A DNA stretch of 64,000 nucleotides. It comes from Desulfurococcaceae archaeon. GTDB lineage: Archaea > Thermoproteota > Thermoprotei_A > Sulfolobales > Desulfurococcaceae. Of this stretch, positions 8,483-18,219 are shown piece after piece (positions within the stretch are counted from its first letter, which is position 1; each line of letters begins with the position of its first letter). Below the pieces are notes generated by a model. The model was given only the letters and a program-made list of their open reading frames with translations. It ran no database searches and was not told the origin of the DNA. The stretch is taken from positions 64,001 through 128,000 of the forward strand of contig JAWAJB010000003.1 of NCBI GenBank assembly GCA_038888155.1, written 5' to 3'. The position numbers and the translations under genes are program-made.

Positions 8483-10306
8483 GTGAGAATTCTCGCAATC
8501 CACGCAAAGCACTTCTCTTACGAGATAAAGGACCCGGCTGTAAAGGAGCCAGAGGAACACCCGCCAAACTTGAAGAAGTCCTTCGAAAACGCGTTAGTAA
8601 TTTTTACAACTATTGAGGAAAGCGATGAAGTAAGCGTTGTTGAAGAGGCAGCATCGGAGATATCCAAGTTGGTTTCCCAAGTGAAGCCACTAGAGGTTGT
8701 AATATACCCTTACGCCCACCTCTCGGCGAACATAGCCCCTCCTAGTAAGGCTATCGCAATTCTAAGCGAGTTGCACCAAGCATCTGCGAGAAAGCTCGAG
8801 GTACCAGTCTACAGGGCTCCATTTGGTTGGTATAAGTCTTTTGCGCTTGAATGCTATGGACACCCGTTAAGCGAGCTCTCGCGCACAATAGCTGGCAGGG
8901 CAGCTCAGCCGCGAAAAGCTATCGAGAAAAAGTTCTACGTAATGACCACGGAAGGATCAATTCATGACCCGGCCAGCTTTGATTACGCAAAGTACCCAGA
9001 GCTCAAAGTCCTCGTCGAAAAGGAAGTTTATGGAAAGGAGCTGGAGGGAGGAGAGAACAGAGTTGCTAGCTACTGCAAGAAGTTTGGCTTTGAGTGGGAG
9101 TCGATGAGCGATCATGGACACATGAGATATGGACCGCTAGCAGTTGTGCTCATGGACGTAGTTTCCCAGTACTCTTGGCAAGTCGCAAAGAGCCTCGGAA
9201 TGCCCGTGTTTAGAATTATGGGCACAAACATGTTCAATCTCAGAGAGAAGCCGGTTTATGAACACGCAGCACTATTTGGGGACAGGCTATACGAAGTTGA
9301 AGTAGACAATAACAGGTACGTTTTAAGGTACGCAGCTTGTCATCAGCAGTTCGCCATGCTTAGGGACTGGGTTATAAGCTACAAGGAGCTACCCTTCGGG
9401 GCATTCGAGATAGCTGATAGCTACAGGTTAGAACAGAGGGGCGAGGTCGCGCTTTGCTATAGGATGAGAAAGTTCTACATGCCGGACCTCCACTTATTCG
9501 CGAGAAACCTCGAAGAGGCAATTAAAGTTTCTATGTCAGTACAGAAGAAGATACACGAAGAGGCTTCTAAGCTTGGAAGGCGGTACATCGCGCTGTATAA
9601 TATAACTGAGGACTTTCTCGAAAATCACAGGGATTCGCTTGAGGAGTTTGTTAGAAATGAAGGATACCCCGTGTTGCTCGCGGTTATTCCATCTGGGATA
9701 TACTACTGGGTTATAAATGTAGAATACCACATAATAGATAACCTCAATAGGCCGCGTGAAATAGCTACTTTTCAAATAGATATTGGCAACAGCAAGAGGT
9801 TCAACATAACTTACACCGATGAAAAGGGCGAAAAGAACTACCCAGCTATAATTCACACTGCTTTAATTGGGAGCTTGGAGAGGTACATATACATGGCCTT
9901 AGATACAGCTGCGCTAATGGAGAAGGAAGGAAAGGTGCCGTACTTGCCCCTCTGGCTATCCCCCGTTCAAGTAAGAGTTATAGCTGTCTCCAGAGAACAC
10001 TTGGAATATGCTTCCAGCGTGGCGAACAAACTTGTAGAGGCAGGGTTTAGAGTAGACCTAGACGATAGAGATCTAACTCTTGGCAAAAAAATCCGCGAGG
10101 CTGCTACAAGCTGGGTGCCCTACATAGTAGTCGTGGGGCGACGCGAAGTCGAAACTGGCACAGTCAATGTAAAAATAAGGAAAACTAATGATCAAAGGGC
10201 TATGACAGTAGAGGAACTAATCAAGCTCCTATCAGAGGAAGCTGAGGGGTACCCAAGAGCCGATTTAACTCTTCCGATGCACATCAGTAAAAGGCCTATG
10301 TTTTGA
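8483..10306 (+). CDS. thrS: threonine--tRNA ligase with archaeal N-terminal editing domain
   Basis: YPYAHLS and RAPFGWYK editing domain; LRYAACHQQF, YRLEQRGE, IIHTALIGSLER. Confidence 0.97.
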   Translation: MRILAIHAKHFSYEIKDPAVKEPEEHPPNLKKSFENALVIFTTIEESDEVSVVEEAASEISKLVSQVKPLEVVIYPYAHLSANIAPPSKAIAILSELHQASARKLEVPVYRAPFGWYKSFALECYGHPLSELSRTIAGRAAQPRKAIEKKFYVMTTEGSIHDPASFDYAKYPELKVLVEKEVYGKELEGGENRVASYCKKFGFEWESMSDHGHMRYGPLAVVLMDVVSQYSWQVAKSLGMPVFRIMGTNMFNLREKPVYEHAALFGDRLYEVEVDNNRYVLRYAACHQQFAMLRDWVISYKELPFGAFEIADSYRLEQRGEVALCYRMRKFYMPDLHLFARNLEEAIKVSMSVQKKIHEEASKLGRRYIALYNITEDFLENHRDSLEEFVRNEGYPVLLAVIPSGIYYWVINVEYHIIDNLNRPREIATFQIDIGNSKRFNITYTDEKGEKNYPAIIHTALIGSLERYIYMALDTAALMEKEGKVPYLPLWLSPVQVRVIAVSREHLEYASSVANKLVEAGFRVDLDDRDLTLGKKIREAATSWVPYIVVVGRREVETGTVNVKIRKTNDQRAMTVEELIKLLSEEAEGYPRADLTLPMHISKRPMF

Positions 10307-10324
10307 AGTACACTACAACATGAA

Positions 10325-10960
10325 ATGAGGCACGCCTCAGGGAGGGTGTCCCATATAAGCAGGAGATCAAGAGTAAAGTTCATTGGAAGACATTTAATGA
10401 TGAAGGGCATATATGTAGAAAAGCTTCTCAAGGGCGTTAAAAGAGCTACCATTAGGAGGGGCATAGTCAAGCCTCGCTACAGGGAAGTAATTATCCACGC
10501 TGGAGGTAAACCAGTGGCAAAAGCGAGAATAGTGAGGGTGTATCACGGTAAGCTAAAAGAGCTCGGCGAGTACGAGGCTAGAGTAGATGGCTACGAAAGC
10601 ACCGAAGAATTAATAGCCGACCTGAAGAGAATTTACAGGGGGTTGAGCGACGATGACGCTATAACGGTAATAGAATTTAGGGTTACCCAGAAGCTTGAGG
10701 GCCCGCTAGTGGAAGGTCAATACCTAGAGTCGACCCCATCGGACATCGCTGGATTAGCTTTAAGGCACCTAGATAAAGACCTCAGCGATTTAGAGAAAAA
10801 AGTTCTCCAAGACTTAGCGCGGACAGGTAGCATTAGGAAAACAGCAGTCAACATATTCAACGACTTAAGTAAAAGGAACTTAGTGAGGGGGATCCTTAGA
10901 AAAGCTGTAAGGCTCTTGAGCGAGAGGGGCTTAAATAAAAAGGGCAATAGCGCTGATTAG
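10325..10960 (+). CDS. ASCH domain protein with C-terminal HTH-like region
   Basis: YVEKLLKGVKRATIRRG, EARVDGY...ELIADLKRIY ASCH motifs; true start probably downstream. Confidence 0.85.
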   Translation: MRHASGRVSHISRRSRVKFIGRHLMMKGIYVEKLLKGVKRATIRRGIVKPRYREVIIHAGGKPVAKARIVRVYHGKLKELGEYEARVDGYESTEELIADLKRIYRGLSDDDAITVIEFRVTQKLEGPLVEGQYLESTPSDIAGLALRHLDKDLSDLEKKVLQDLARTGSIRKTAVNIFNDLSKRNLVRGILRKAVRLLSERGLNKKGNSAD

Positions 10961-10966
10961 CTATCG

Positions 10967-11146
10967 GTGAATAATTTGGGATACTGGGTGCTTAAGTGTA
11001 CAGAGTGCCAGAATCATTGGAACCTACTAGTGAGCTTCCCCCTGAAGCAAGAGTACAACAAGCTATACCACTACTGCCCTCACTGTAACAAGAATACATT
11101 TCACGATATAGTAGAGTACCGAGAGGAGGAGCTGAAAGAAATATAA
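10967..11146 (+). CDS. 59-aa Zn-ribbon protein (absent from ORF track)
   Basis: MNNLGYWVLKCTECQNHWNLLVSFPLKQEYNKLYHYCPHCNKNTFHDIVEYREEELKEI; two CxxC motifs. Confidence 0.8.
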   Translation: MNNLGYWVLKCTECQNHWNLLVSFPLKQEYNKLYHYCPHCNKNTFHDIVEYREEELKEI

Positions 11147-11169
11147 CGAAACGTAAGTATTAGTAGTGT

Positions 11170-11223
11170 TGATGATGACTCCCCTAAAAGGTTGATCAAT
11201 GAAGAAACCTGTCTCAGCTGAGT
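11170..11223 (+). ncRNA. C/D box sRNA
   Basis: ATGATGA-ctcccctaaaagg-TTGA-tca-ATGAAGA-aacctgtctcag-CTGA. Confidence 0.85.
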
Positions 11224-11309
11224 TTTCAAGCTGTAACCGCGCGGCGAATTCCGCGCGCAATCGTTATTGTCTATTGGGGGTTCACGTCAAGGGAAATAAG
11301 CGCCTAGCT

Positions 11310-12614
11310 TCAGTCTATCCAATCCTCGCCCCCAATCTTTTCAGGTATGTACTTATCTGCGAGGAACTTTAGCCCCTTGCTAGCAAAGGCCTCGATCTCG
11401 AGTTTACTCAGAGTGTTAAAGAACACGCAGAGCTCTCTAACCCACTCAGGGGATGTGAACCAGGGGTAGCCTGTAAGCCCCTCTTTCCTCTTTATTTTGC
11501 TTTTTGCCTCAGCGTTGTTGATGCACACCTCAGCCACTTTATAGCCTACGAGCTCTACAGCCCTCTCAATATCCCTCGTTTTAGCTTTAATTATAAAGTT
11601 CGACCTCTCGCGCTCATCTAAGTAAGGGCTCTTCGATTTTAAGCTGGTGATCCCAGGCGCAATTTCTTCTAGCAAGTCCTTAATTGGTTTGTTTCTCGCT
11701 ATTTTCTCGAAGAGATCAACGCCGAAAATATCGGTCATAGAGACACCAATGAATTTAGCGCTAGGTATAGCCAATCTTTCACTCTCGTATGACAGCGTTA
11801 TACTGCCAGCTTTAAACACGCTGTATATGTAGAACCCATATGGGTCGCTATCGCACAGAATATAGACTGGGAGCTTGAATTCTTCGCTTAGCCTTCTAAC
11901 GAATCGACGCGTTGCGCGATCTGGTTGCCCTGCACTAGTGACTAGCACGGTGCGATACTTTCTCCAAAAGCCATATCTGTGCAGCTGCTGGAAAACAGCG
12001 TCTTTCTCTACTACTAGGATGTAATCTGCATCTATATCGACAAATTCTATGAGATCGGGCGTTGGCTCAATTGCGTAGGCGCCGTGACCCATCTTGCTTA
12101 AATCTATCACGTCATCGCCGCTTCTAATAACCAGGTTGCCAACTACCTTGCCCTTCTCCTTACTAAGTATTAATAAGTCTTCGCGGAGAACAGACAGGTA
12201 GACCTCTAAGTCCCTTATCACGCTATCAGATTCCCTCTGTTCATCCCAAGTGTTCTCGCTCACTCTTTTGCCCGTAGCGCTCTTAAAGCTAATTGAGTGC
12301 TTTCCTCTGTAGTATAGATCACGTATAGTGGGATACTCATTGTTCCTTAGCGCGTCGAACACTATTGAAGCCATTAGTAAAGTCTGCATGAACTTCTTGG
12401 CTTCATTTGCATCTGCAAATGATCTGTGCTGGGTCTCAGGGCCCAGGAGCAACATCTTGTTCTTGAGGTCATATATTGTATTCGTTAATGTCCTCTTTGG
12501 AATAACAAGTAGAGGTTTCTCCCCTCTATTTATTTGGTTTAAGACATCTCTCATAGAGTCCTTAATTAACCCAAGCGCCTTGTTCCTAGCTAAGGTATCT
12601 ACTTGAGAGGGCAT
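11310..12614 (-). CDS. top6A: DNA topoisomerase VI subunit A
   Basis: TIRDLYYRGKH catalytic Tyr, VEKDAVF, GQPDRATR, DSDPYG. Confidence 0.98.
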   Translation of the reverse strand: MPSQVDTLARNKALGLIKDSMRDVLNQINRGEKPLLVIPKRTLTNTIYDLKNKMLLLGPETQHRSFADANEAKKFMQTLLMASIVFDALRNNEYPTIRDLYYRGKHSISFKSATGKRVSENTWDEQRESDSVIRDLEVYLSVLREDLLILSKEKGKVVGNLVIRSGDDVIDLSKMGHGAYAIEPTPDLIEFVDIDADYILVVEKDAVFQQLHRYGFWRKYRTVLVTSAGQPDRATRRFVRRLSEEFKLPVYILCDSDPYGFYIYSVFKAGSITLSYESERLAIPSAKFIGVSMTDIFGVDLFEKIARNKPIKDLLEEIAPGITSLKSKSPYLDERERSNFIIKAKTRDIERAVELVGYKVAEVCINNAEAKSKIKRKEGLTGYPWFTSPEWVRELCVFFNTLSKLEIEAFASKGLKFLADKYIPEKIGGEDWID

Positions 12615-12630
12615 TCTACCACCATCAGGT

Positions 12631-14229
12631 CTATGCCTCCACCGATTTTACGATTTCCTCTATTAGGCTCATGGGGACGCTCGTTCTCCTCGAGACTACT
12701 GAAGCCAATTTATCCACCAAGTCCCCCTTTATTTTGACGAGCTCTTCTTCGTGCTCGGCTAAAATAGTTGCAAGGCTCCTCGCGACTTCTGGGATGTACT
12801 TCGCAATGGACTCCGCTCTCCGCTTTGCTTCCTCTTCTCTCGCTTTCCTAGAAAGGTAGCTTCTAAGCCTTCTTGCGATCTCCATTATAGTTAGCTTTAC
12901 TTCCCTGCGTATCTCTGGGACATCAGCTATGCTCTCTTTGCCAACGCCTTTGAACGGTATCTTGGTGCTGCAGATATGCGCCAAGACAAGTATTGGGGAT
13001 GGAAAGACAATCATGTAGTTTTCCCAGTCAATTTCCTCTTTTACAACCTGCACGATCACATCTGTGCTCTCATCGTAGAGCAGGGGTATTTTGTTCGCGT
13101 ATCTTAGCACTAGCGGGTAATCGTTGCTGACAGGCGTGTTGCCGCCATATGCAATACCAACTTCTAGTATGAATGGATGACCATTGTACGATCCCGGCCT
13201 CCTCACGCCTACATCTATGTACTCTGGATTAAACGCTCTCATTAACCCGGCCTTTATTACCTGCTCGCCAAGAGGAGATAGAGATGCAGCTGAAGGCGGC
13301 CTGTACTTATCGTAGGACTTCATGGTGTTTACGAGCGTCAAAAGATCGTCGTTAGTTAGCTCGTGCGGGCTCTTGTTAGGATCTATCTTAGCTAGACTCA
13401 ATATCAACTTAGCGGTAGCCTCCCCAATGCCCTGAAAACTACTCACTAATAGGTCCCTGAGGGAGTTGTAGTTTTTATTCCTTATGATATTACTTAGAAA
13501 CTCCAAGTCCACTCCCTGCGGGTGGGGCTTTGTTTCAACGGGAGGTTTTGGTATAGTGTTCGTAATGCGGGGATGGTAAACAATCTCGCTCTCCGGCGTT
13601 ATGAAAACTATATTCGCGTAAGGCAACGCTATAGAGGTTCTAGAGAGATACTCGAGCACGCGCTGTTTTGCACGCCCCCAATCTCCCTCGATTGTAACCG
13701 AGACAACTGTGCCGTGCCAGTCCCTCGTCTTCCTCCAGCTGCCGGCCTCTATTACTACTGGCTCATTTCTGTCCACATCTATTCTGAGCTTAAAGAAGTA
13801 TACTCTTTTAAGGCCGGCTCTACTAGTGGTGACCTCAATCGGTCTGCCAGTGGTCATTTGCGCGTAAAGCACTACCATTTTTACTCCTAGGCCGTACATG
13901 CCCCTTGACTGCTTTAGGACGTATTTGCTGCTGAAGAGCACTTTACCAAAAGCATTGGGAACTACGTGAGGGGGCATCCCTATTCCATTATCTTCTATAG
14001 TTATCCTATAAAAGTCGCGTATTTCATCTGCTTTCCTCATGGAGACCTTTATATCCGGTAAAATGCCGTAGACATCAGTGGCATCAAGGGAGTTTTCAAC
14101 GAGCTCTCTTACAGTTTGATAAATAGCTCTAGCTGGGTTTGAAAACCCAGCTACCTCCCTGTACTTGTAGAAGAACTCAGCAGGGCTAGCTGCTCTGTAC
14201 GCTTCATTAGCCTCGCTCATTGAGTCCAC
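12631..14229 (-). CDS. top6B: DNA topoisomerase VI subunit B
   Basis: RELVENSLDA, DNGIG, SRGMYGLG GHKL motifs; RYANKIPLL, KGVGKESIA. Confidence 0.98.
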   Translation of the reverse strand: MDSMSEANEAYRAASPAEFFYKYREVAGFSNPARAIYQTVRELVENSLDATDVYGILPDIKVSMRKADEIRDFYRITIEDNGIGMPPHVVPNAFGKVLFSSKYVLKQSRGMYGLGVKMVVLYAQMTTGRPIEVTTSRAGLKRVYFFKLRIDVDRNEPVVIEAGSWRKTRDWHGTVVSVTIEGDWGRAKQRVLEYLSRTSIALPYANIVFITPESEIVYHPRITNTIPKPPVETKPHPQGVDLEFLSNIIRNKNYNSLRDLLVSSFQGIGEATAKLILSLAKIDPNKSPHELTNDDLLTLVNTMKSYDKYRPPSAASLSPLGEQVIKAGLMRAFNPEYIDVGVRRPGSYNGHPFILEVGIAYGGNTPVSNDYPLVLRYANKIPLLYDESTDVIVQVVKEEIDWENYMIVFPSPILVLAHICSTKIPFKGVGKESIADVPEIRREVKLTIMEIARRLRSYLSRKAREEEAKRRAESIAKYIPEVARSLATILAEHEEELVKIKGDLVDKLASVVSRRTSVPMSLIEEIVKSVEA

Positions 14230-14593
14230 CGGCTACCTACTACTTATCACCATTATTGGATTATAAACCGTGAGAATACTATCGCCGAACTTACCTAGCT
14301 CGCCGTGGAGAGCTCCGTGCTGTGTATACGCGTGGGCGAGAACTTGCCTAGGTCCCGCGCCCCGTTTCCTGTGAATTAGACTTCGTTGAGATGTATATTT
14401 AAAGCCTCGACCAGGTCTTCATGGCTGTTCTCTCTCCAAGGGATCAAACGTCTTCAGCACCTCAACGAGCTCTCCATTTCCGTTAGATAGCTCTCGGGAT
14501 TTTGCGTTGAGAGAAAAACACGTTATTTCTGTTTTTATGACCTGTTACTTATAAATACCCCTGACCCAAACACTCTGATAAGGAGGAGTTCTA

Positions 14594-14668
14594 GGGCCCG
14601 TCGCCTAGCTAGGAGAGGGCGCCGGCCTCCTAAGCCGGAGGACCCGGGTTCAAATCCCGGCGGGCCCG
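14594..14668 (+). tRNA. tRNA-Arg(CCT), no intron
   Basis: CCGGC-CTCCTAA-GCCGG anticodon arm, full cloverleaf. Confidence 0.96.
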
Positions 14669-14698
14669 CGGTCCTTTGCTCGAGCATTCCTATGCTGT

Positions 14699-16777
14699 TT
14701 ACTGTAGCATTAGGCTGAAGGCGTTGTAGATTACGAGCGAAGTTGCGTAGGCTACAACGAGCATAGCTAGAGCTACTTCAATCACCAGCTTTAAGCTCTT
14801 GGATTCGCTGTAAATAGCGATCAGCGTTGCCAGGCAGGGAACGTACAGCGTTACTAGTAACGATATAGCAACTGTGGAGGCAGGGCTCAGCTCAACTGCT
14901 TTAAACACATCTCTCAGAGTGTATAGACCGGATACCCCTATTAAAGAGCTCACAAAAAGCTCTTTAGCTATGAAGCCCATTATTAGGGCAAACACTATAA
15001 ACCATGCATTAGGTCCACTGACGCCGAGAGGCGCTAGTATTGGCGCTAAACCTCGCGAAATGAAAGCTGCAACGCTTTCGCTAGGCTCGCTAGCTATTCC
15101 CATGCCCGCATTTAAGTTGGTGAGAACCCACGCTATTATATTGGCCAGCAGTATTACAGTGCCAGCTTTTGCTAAAAAGTGCTTGATGTTAGACCAGGCA
15201 AACCACCATATCACCTTGGGTATAGGCTTATGAAGCGGCGGCAACTCCAGCAGTAGCTCTATTTCAGTAGCCTCTCCTCTCTTCCTCGACAACAAGCTAA
15301 CAGCCAAGCTAATTACAACAACTACAGAGAAGGCAGTTAAGTACGCTAGCGGTACAAGGAGAGCTCCCGGCAGGCTAGTCGAAGCTCCTGCTACAGCTAG
15401 GAGAACTAACAACCTGGCTTGGCACGGCATAAAGGGCACTAATAGCATTAAGCGCCACCTCTCAGTTGCGCTTGGAACAGCCCTTGTTATGAGTACTCCT
15501 GGGACGTTGCATCCAAGCGACATTATTAGCGGAAACATCGCGTGTCCAGATAGGCCTATTTTTTGGAAAAGAGCGTGCATCCCAACAGCTATCCTGGGGA
15601 CAATGCCCGAGTCATCTAGTGCCCCAAGGGCAACCATGGCGATTAGTAGTAGCGGTAAGAACAACAGCAGCGTTGCTAAACCGCGGATTATAGCCTCTAC
15701 AATGAACCTGGAGATAAGCGTCTCGCCAAAGGTGCGGAGAATAGCCCCTGAGAGAGAGCTAAGCCAGTACCCAATTAAGTTGCTCAAGCTGTTCTCCTCG
15801 AGCCATTCAGCGACTCCATTGTAGCCTAAGCTCCTCAATATTGCTGTCAAGGGGTAACCAGTATTAATTGCAAAAACCGCGGTGAAGACGGAAAACAGCA
15901 GTGCACCCGACACGAGGGGCGCCGCGTAGGGATTATAGAAGATCTTAGCGAGTGAAACCCCATGTTGAGGAATTGTAGCCCTAGCAATCGCATTTCGAGC
16001 TAGCGCCTCTATGTACTCGAAGCGCTTTTTCACAACCAGCGAGGATATGCTCGCTCCAAACCTCTTCGCTGCCTCAACCCTTATTGCCTCTAAGTATCCA
16101 TAAGTATCCCCTAGGGATTCAAGCTCGCCCTCTACTCCAGTGTCTCCCTCGAGAAACTTTATAGCTGCCCAACGCAGAGGGTACTTCAAATTGGCGGCAG
16201 CTTTCTGTGCGCTGGCCACCACTTCATCTATAAATGGATTTAATTCCCCGTAGTCCACCACTAAAGGCTTTTTGCTGGACCTAGACGCTCTAACAATCGC
16301 TTCCAGCAAGTAGTCTATCCCTATTTTCTTGACTGCGGATACAGGAACAACTGGGACCTCCAGCTCCCTTTCGAGTAGCTCGAAATTGATATGAACGCCT
16401 CTACTGTGCGCTTCATCGACTTTAGTGAAAGCAAGTACAACGTTTCTCCGCATTTCGAGCAACTCAACAGCTAAGTACATTGTTCTCTCGGGCGAAAGCG
16501 AGTCAACGAGGACAACTACTACATCAGGTCTCTCGTTTAACACGTAGTCCCTGCTTATTCTTTCCTCTAGCGTGAGATACGAAAACCCGTAAATTCCGGG
16601 CAAGTCCACTAGTATGATCTCATGGTCTTTGTACTTAATGCGCGCCTCATAGCGCTCTACAGTCTTGCCTGGCCAGTTAGTTACTATCACGTGCTGCTTT
16701 GCAAGCACATTAAAAAGTGTTGACTTGCCAACGTTCGGTTGCCCTATTATAGCTACTGTTACTCTTTTCGTAACCAC
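14699..16777 (-). CDS. feoB: ferrous iron transporter FeoB
   Basis: GQPNVGKS, NWPGKTVE, DLPGIY GTPase motifs; PFMPCQARL, LLELPP membrane motifs. Confidence 0.97.
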   Translation of the reverse strand: MVTKRVTVAIIGQPNVGKSTLFNVLAKQHVIVTNWPGKTVERYEARIKYKDHEIILVDLPGIYGFSYLTLEERISRDYVLNERPDVVVVLVDSLSPERTMYLAVELLEMRRNVVLAFTKVDEAHSRGVHINFELLERELEVPVVPVSAVKKIGIDYLLEAIVRASRSSKKPLVVDYGELNPFIDEVVASAQKAAANLKYPLRWAAIKFLEGDTGVEGELESLGDTYGYLEAIRVEAAKRFGASISSLVVKKRFEYIEALARNAIARATIPQHGVSLAKIFYNPYAAPLVSGALLFSVFTAVFAINTGYPLTAILRSLGYNGVAEWLEENSLSNLIGYWLSSLSGAILRTFGETLISRFIVEAIIRGLATLLLFLPLLLIAMVALGALDDSGIVPRIAVGMHALFQKIGLSGHAMFPLIMSLGCNVPGVLITRAVPSATERWRLMLLVPFMPCQARLLVLLAVAGASTSLPGALLVPLAYLTAFSVVVVISLAVSLLSRKRGEATEIELLLELPPLHKPIPKVIWWFAWSNIKHFLAKAGTVILLANIIAWVLTNLNAGMGIASEPSESVAAFISRGLAPILAPLGVSGPNAWFIVFALIMGFIAKELFVSSLIGVSGLYTLRDVFKAVELSPASTVAISLLVTLYVPCLATLIAIYSESKSLKLVIEVALAMLVVAYATSLVIYNAFSLMLQ

Positions 16778-17016
16778 TACTCAAGTACCTCTACTGCGAT
16801 TTTTCTAGCTAATCCGCGACCAATAGAGATTTCTGTGCCGTTTTTAACTCTTAGAACCAGTGGCCCCCTCTTTCGGTTGAGCAGTACCTCTACTTCAGTG
16901 CCGGGCGTTATTCCCATGCACTGCAGTCTACGCGTCCACCCGCACTCGCCGTTAAAGCCCCTTATAACAGCCCTTCTCCCCTCTTTAACTAGATCAAGGC
17001 TTGTGGTTGACATCAA
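16777..17016 (-). CDS. feoA: FeoA family protein
   Basis: RLQCMGITPGTEV...GPLVL...IGRGLARKIAV; coupled to feoB. Confidence 0.93.
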   Translation of the reverse strand: MMSTTSLDLVKEGRRAVIRGFNGECGWTRRLQCMGITPGTEVEVLLNRKRGPLVLRVKNGTEISIGRGLARKIAVEVLE

Positions 17017-17062
17017 TAAGCACCAATAATCGCTTACTCAGTATTAGCTTAGGCCTTAAAAA

Positions 17063-17080
17063 ATTTAGACATATCCAAAT
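17063..17080. promoter_or_regulatory. candidate DtxR-family operator ATTTAGACATATCCAAAT upstream of feoA
   Basis: 18-bp imperfect palindrome (14/18 symmetric) next to a TTTTTAAG TATA-like element on the minus strand. Confidence 0.5.
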
Positions 17081-17126
17081 CTATTAATCTGGCGATCAGC
17101 CGTGGCATAGATAAGCGCGCAGAGAA

Positions 17127-17765
17127 CTAGCATTTAACATATATAAACCGAGCTACATAGTTTGGGATCTCCTGGGTAGAGCTACCAAAGCTAACGAGTA
17201 TACCTTGATCTCTCCTCTCTACAACTGCCAATTGTACGCCCGGTTTAATGCCCTCTTTGTACAAGTACTCGAGAATGCCGATGAACTCGCCCGCGATTTT
17301 GACCACACTACATGTCTCCCCCTCTAGGACTTGGCTTAACCTACTTAAGCGCACGTCCCCCGAGCTTGAGCTGGGTATATCGTTTCCGTGTGGGCAGTAC
17401 TGTGGGTAGTTCGTATATGCGTACAGCTTTTCAATGACAACGTCCGGCAAATGCTCCAAGTAGTGCGCATAGCTGTGGGAGTCCAGCTCGTTGAATCCGA
17501 GGATATTTGACAGGAAGACCTCTGCTATTCGGTGTTTCCTAACAACTAGCTCTGCTATTTTTCGCCCCCTACCTATTAGCTTTACGTAATGGTATTTCTC
17601 TCGCTTCACCAAGCCTTTGCTTTCAAGTTGCCTAATTACCTTGGAAACTGTTGCAGGAGACACCTTTAATTCCCGGGCTATATCGCTAGTCTTCGCCTCC
17701 CCAAGAGCTTCTTCAAGCCTGTAAATAGTTACAAGGTAGTCCTCGTATCTCTGCCTGTGTAGCAC
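17127..17765 (-). CDS. DtxR/MntR family metal-dependent regulator with C-terminal FeoA domain
   Basis: YEDYLVTIY, HTH, RKHRIAEVFL, LEH, CPHGNDIP. Confidence 0.95.
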   Translation of the reverse strand: MLHRQRYEDYLVTIYRLEEALGEAKTSDIARELKVSPATVSKVIRQLESKGLVKREKYHYVKLIGRGRKIAELVVRKHRIAEVFLSNILGFNELDSHSYAHYLEHLPDVVIEKLYAYTNYPQYCPHGNDIPSSSSGDVRLSRLSQVLEGETCSVVKIAGEFIGILEYLYKEGIKPGVQLAVVERRDQGILVSFGSSTQEIPNYVARFIYVKC

Positions 17766-17848
17766 AGTACCACCGCATTTCGTTTTAAAAATTGTATTTA
17801 TAGGGTTATAAGCAATGGAAGTATAAATTGTACATTAGGTGCTTAAGC

Positions 17849-18055
17849 ATGCCAAGAGAGATATCAGATGCAGAAGAGTTCATTAGGATCTCAGAAAGAG
17901 CACTAGAGTGCAGAGTAATCAAGTTGGACAAGGAGGGAATCGCTAAAATAAAGGCGAGGACGAAGAGGTGCTTGTACACGATAAAGATACCGCTAAGTAA
18001 CCTCGAGGACTACTTGAAGAAGTTGAAGTGCCAGAATATAAAGGAGATACAATAG
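17849..18055 (+). CDS. rpl38e: 50S ribosomal protein L38e
   Basis: MPREISDAEEFIRI...KIKARTKRCLYTIK; start reset to ATG 17849. Confidence 0.9.
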   Translation: MPREISDAEEFIRISERALECRVIKLDKEGIAKIKARTKRCLYTIKIPLSNLEDYLKKLKCQNIKEIQ

Positions 18056-18069
18056 GGAGCAGGTAAAAG

Positions 18070-18168
18070 AGCCGGGGGCGGGATTTGAACCCGCGGTAAA
18101 GCGGGTCTCTGAGCCCCTGCTTCGAAAGCCCTGCAGCCCGCCGCCTTAGGCCGCTCGGCCACCCCGGC
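18070..18168 (-). tRNA. tRNA-Cys(GCA) with 24-nt intron (18107-18130)
   Basis: GCCGGGG acceptor stem, U73 discriminator, GCGGG-CTGCAG|A-CCCGC anticodon arm. Confidence 0.9.
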
Positions 18169-18219
18169 GCTGTTTCTATCTCTATTTTTAGAAGTTTCTC
18201 TTATTAAAGTTTTAAATTA

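Noticed and set aside
14230-14560. Gene fragment between top6B and tRNA-Arg
   Set aside because: Short protein-like pieces in different frames, but no family recognisable
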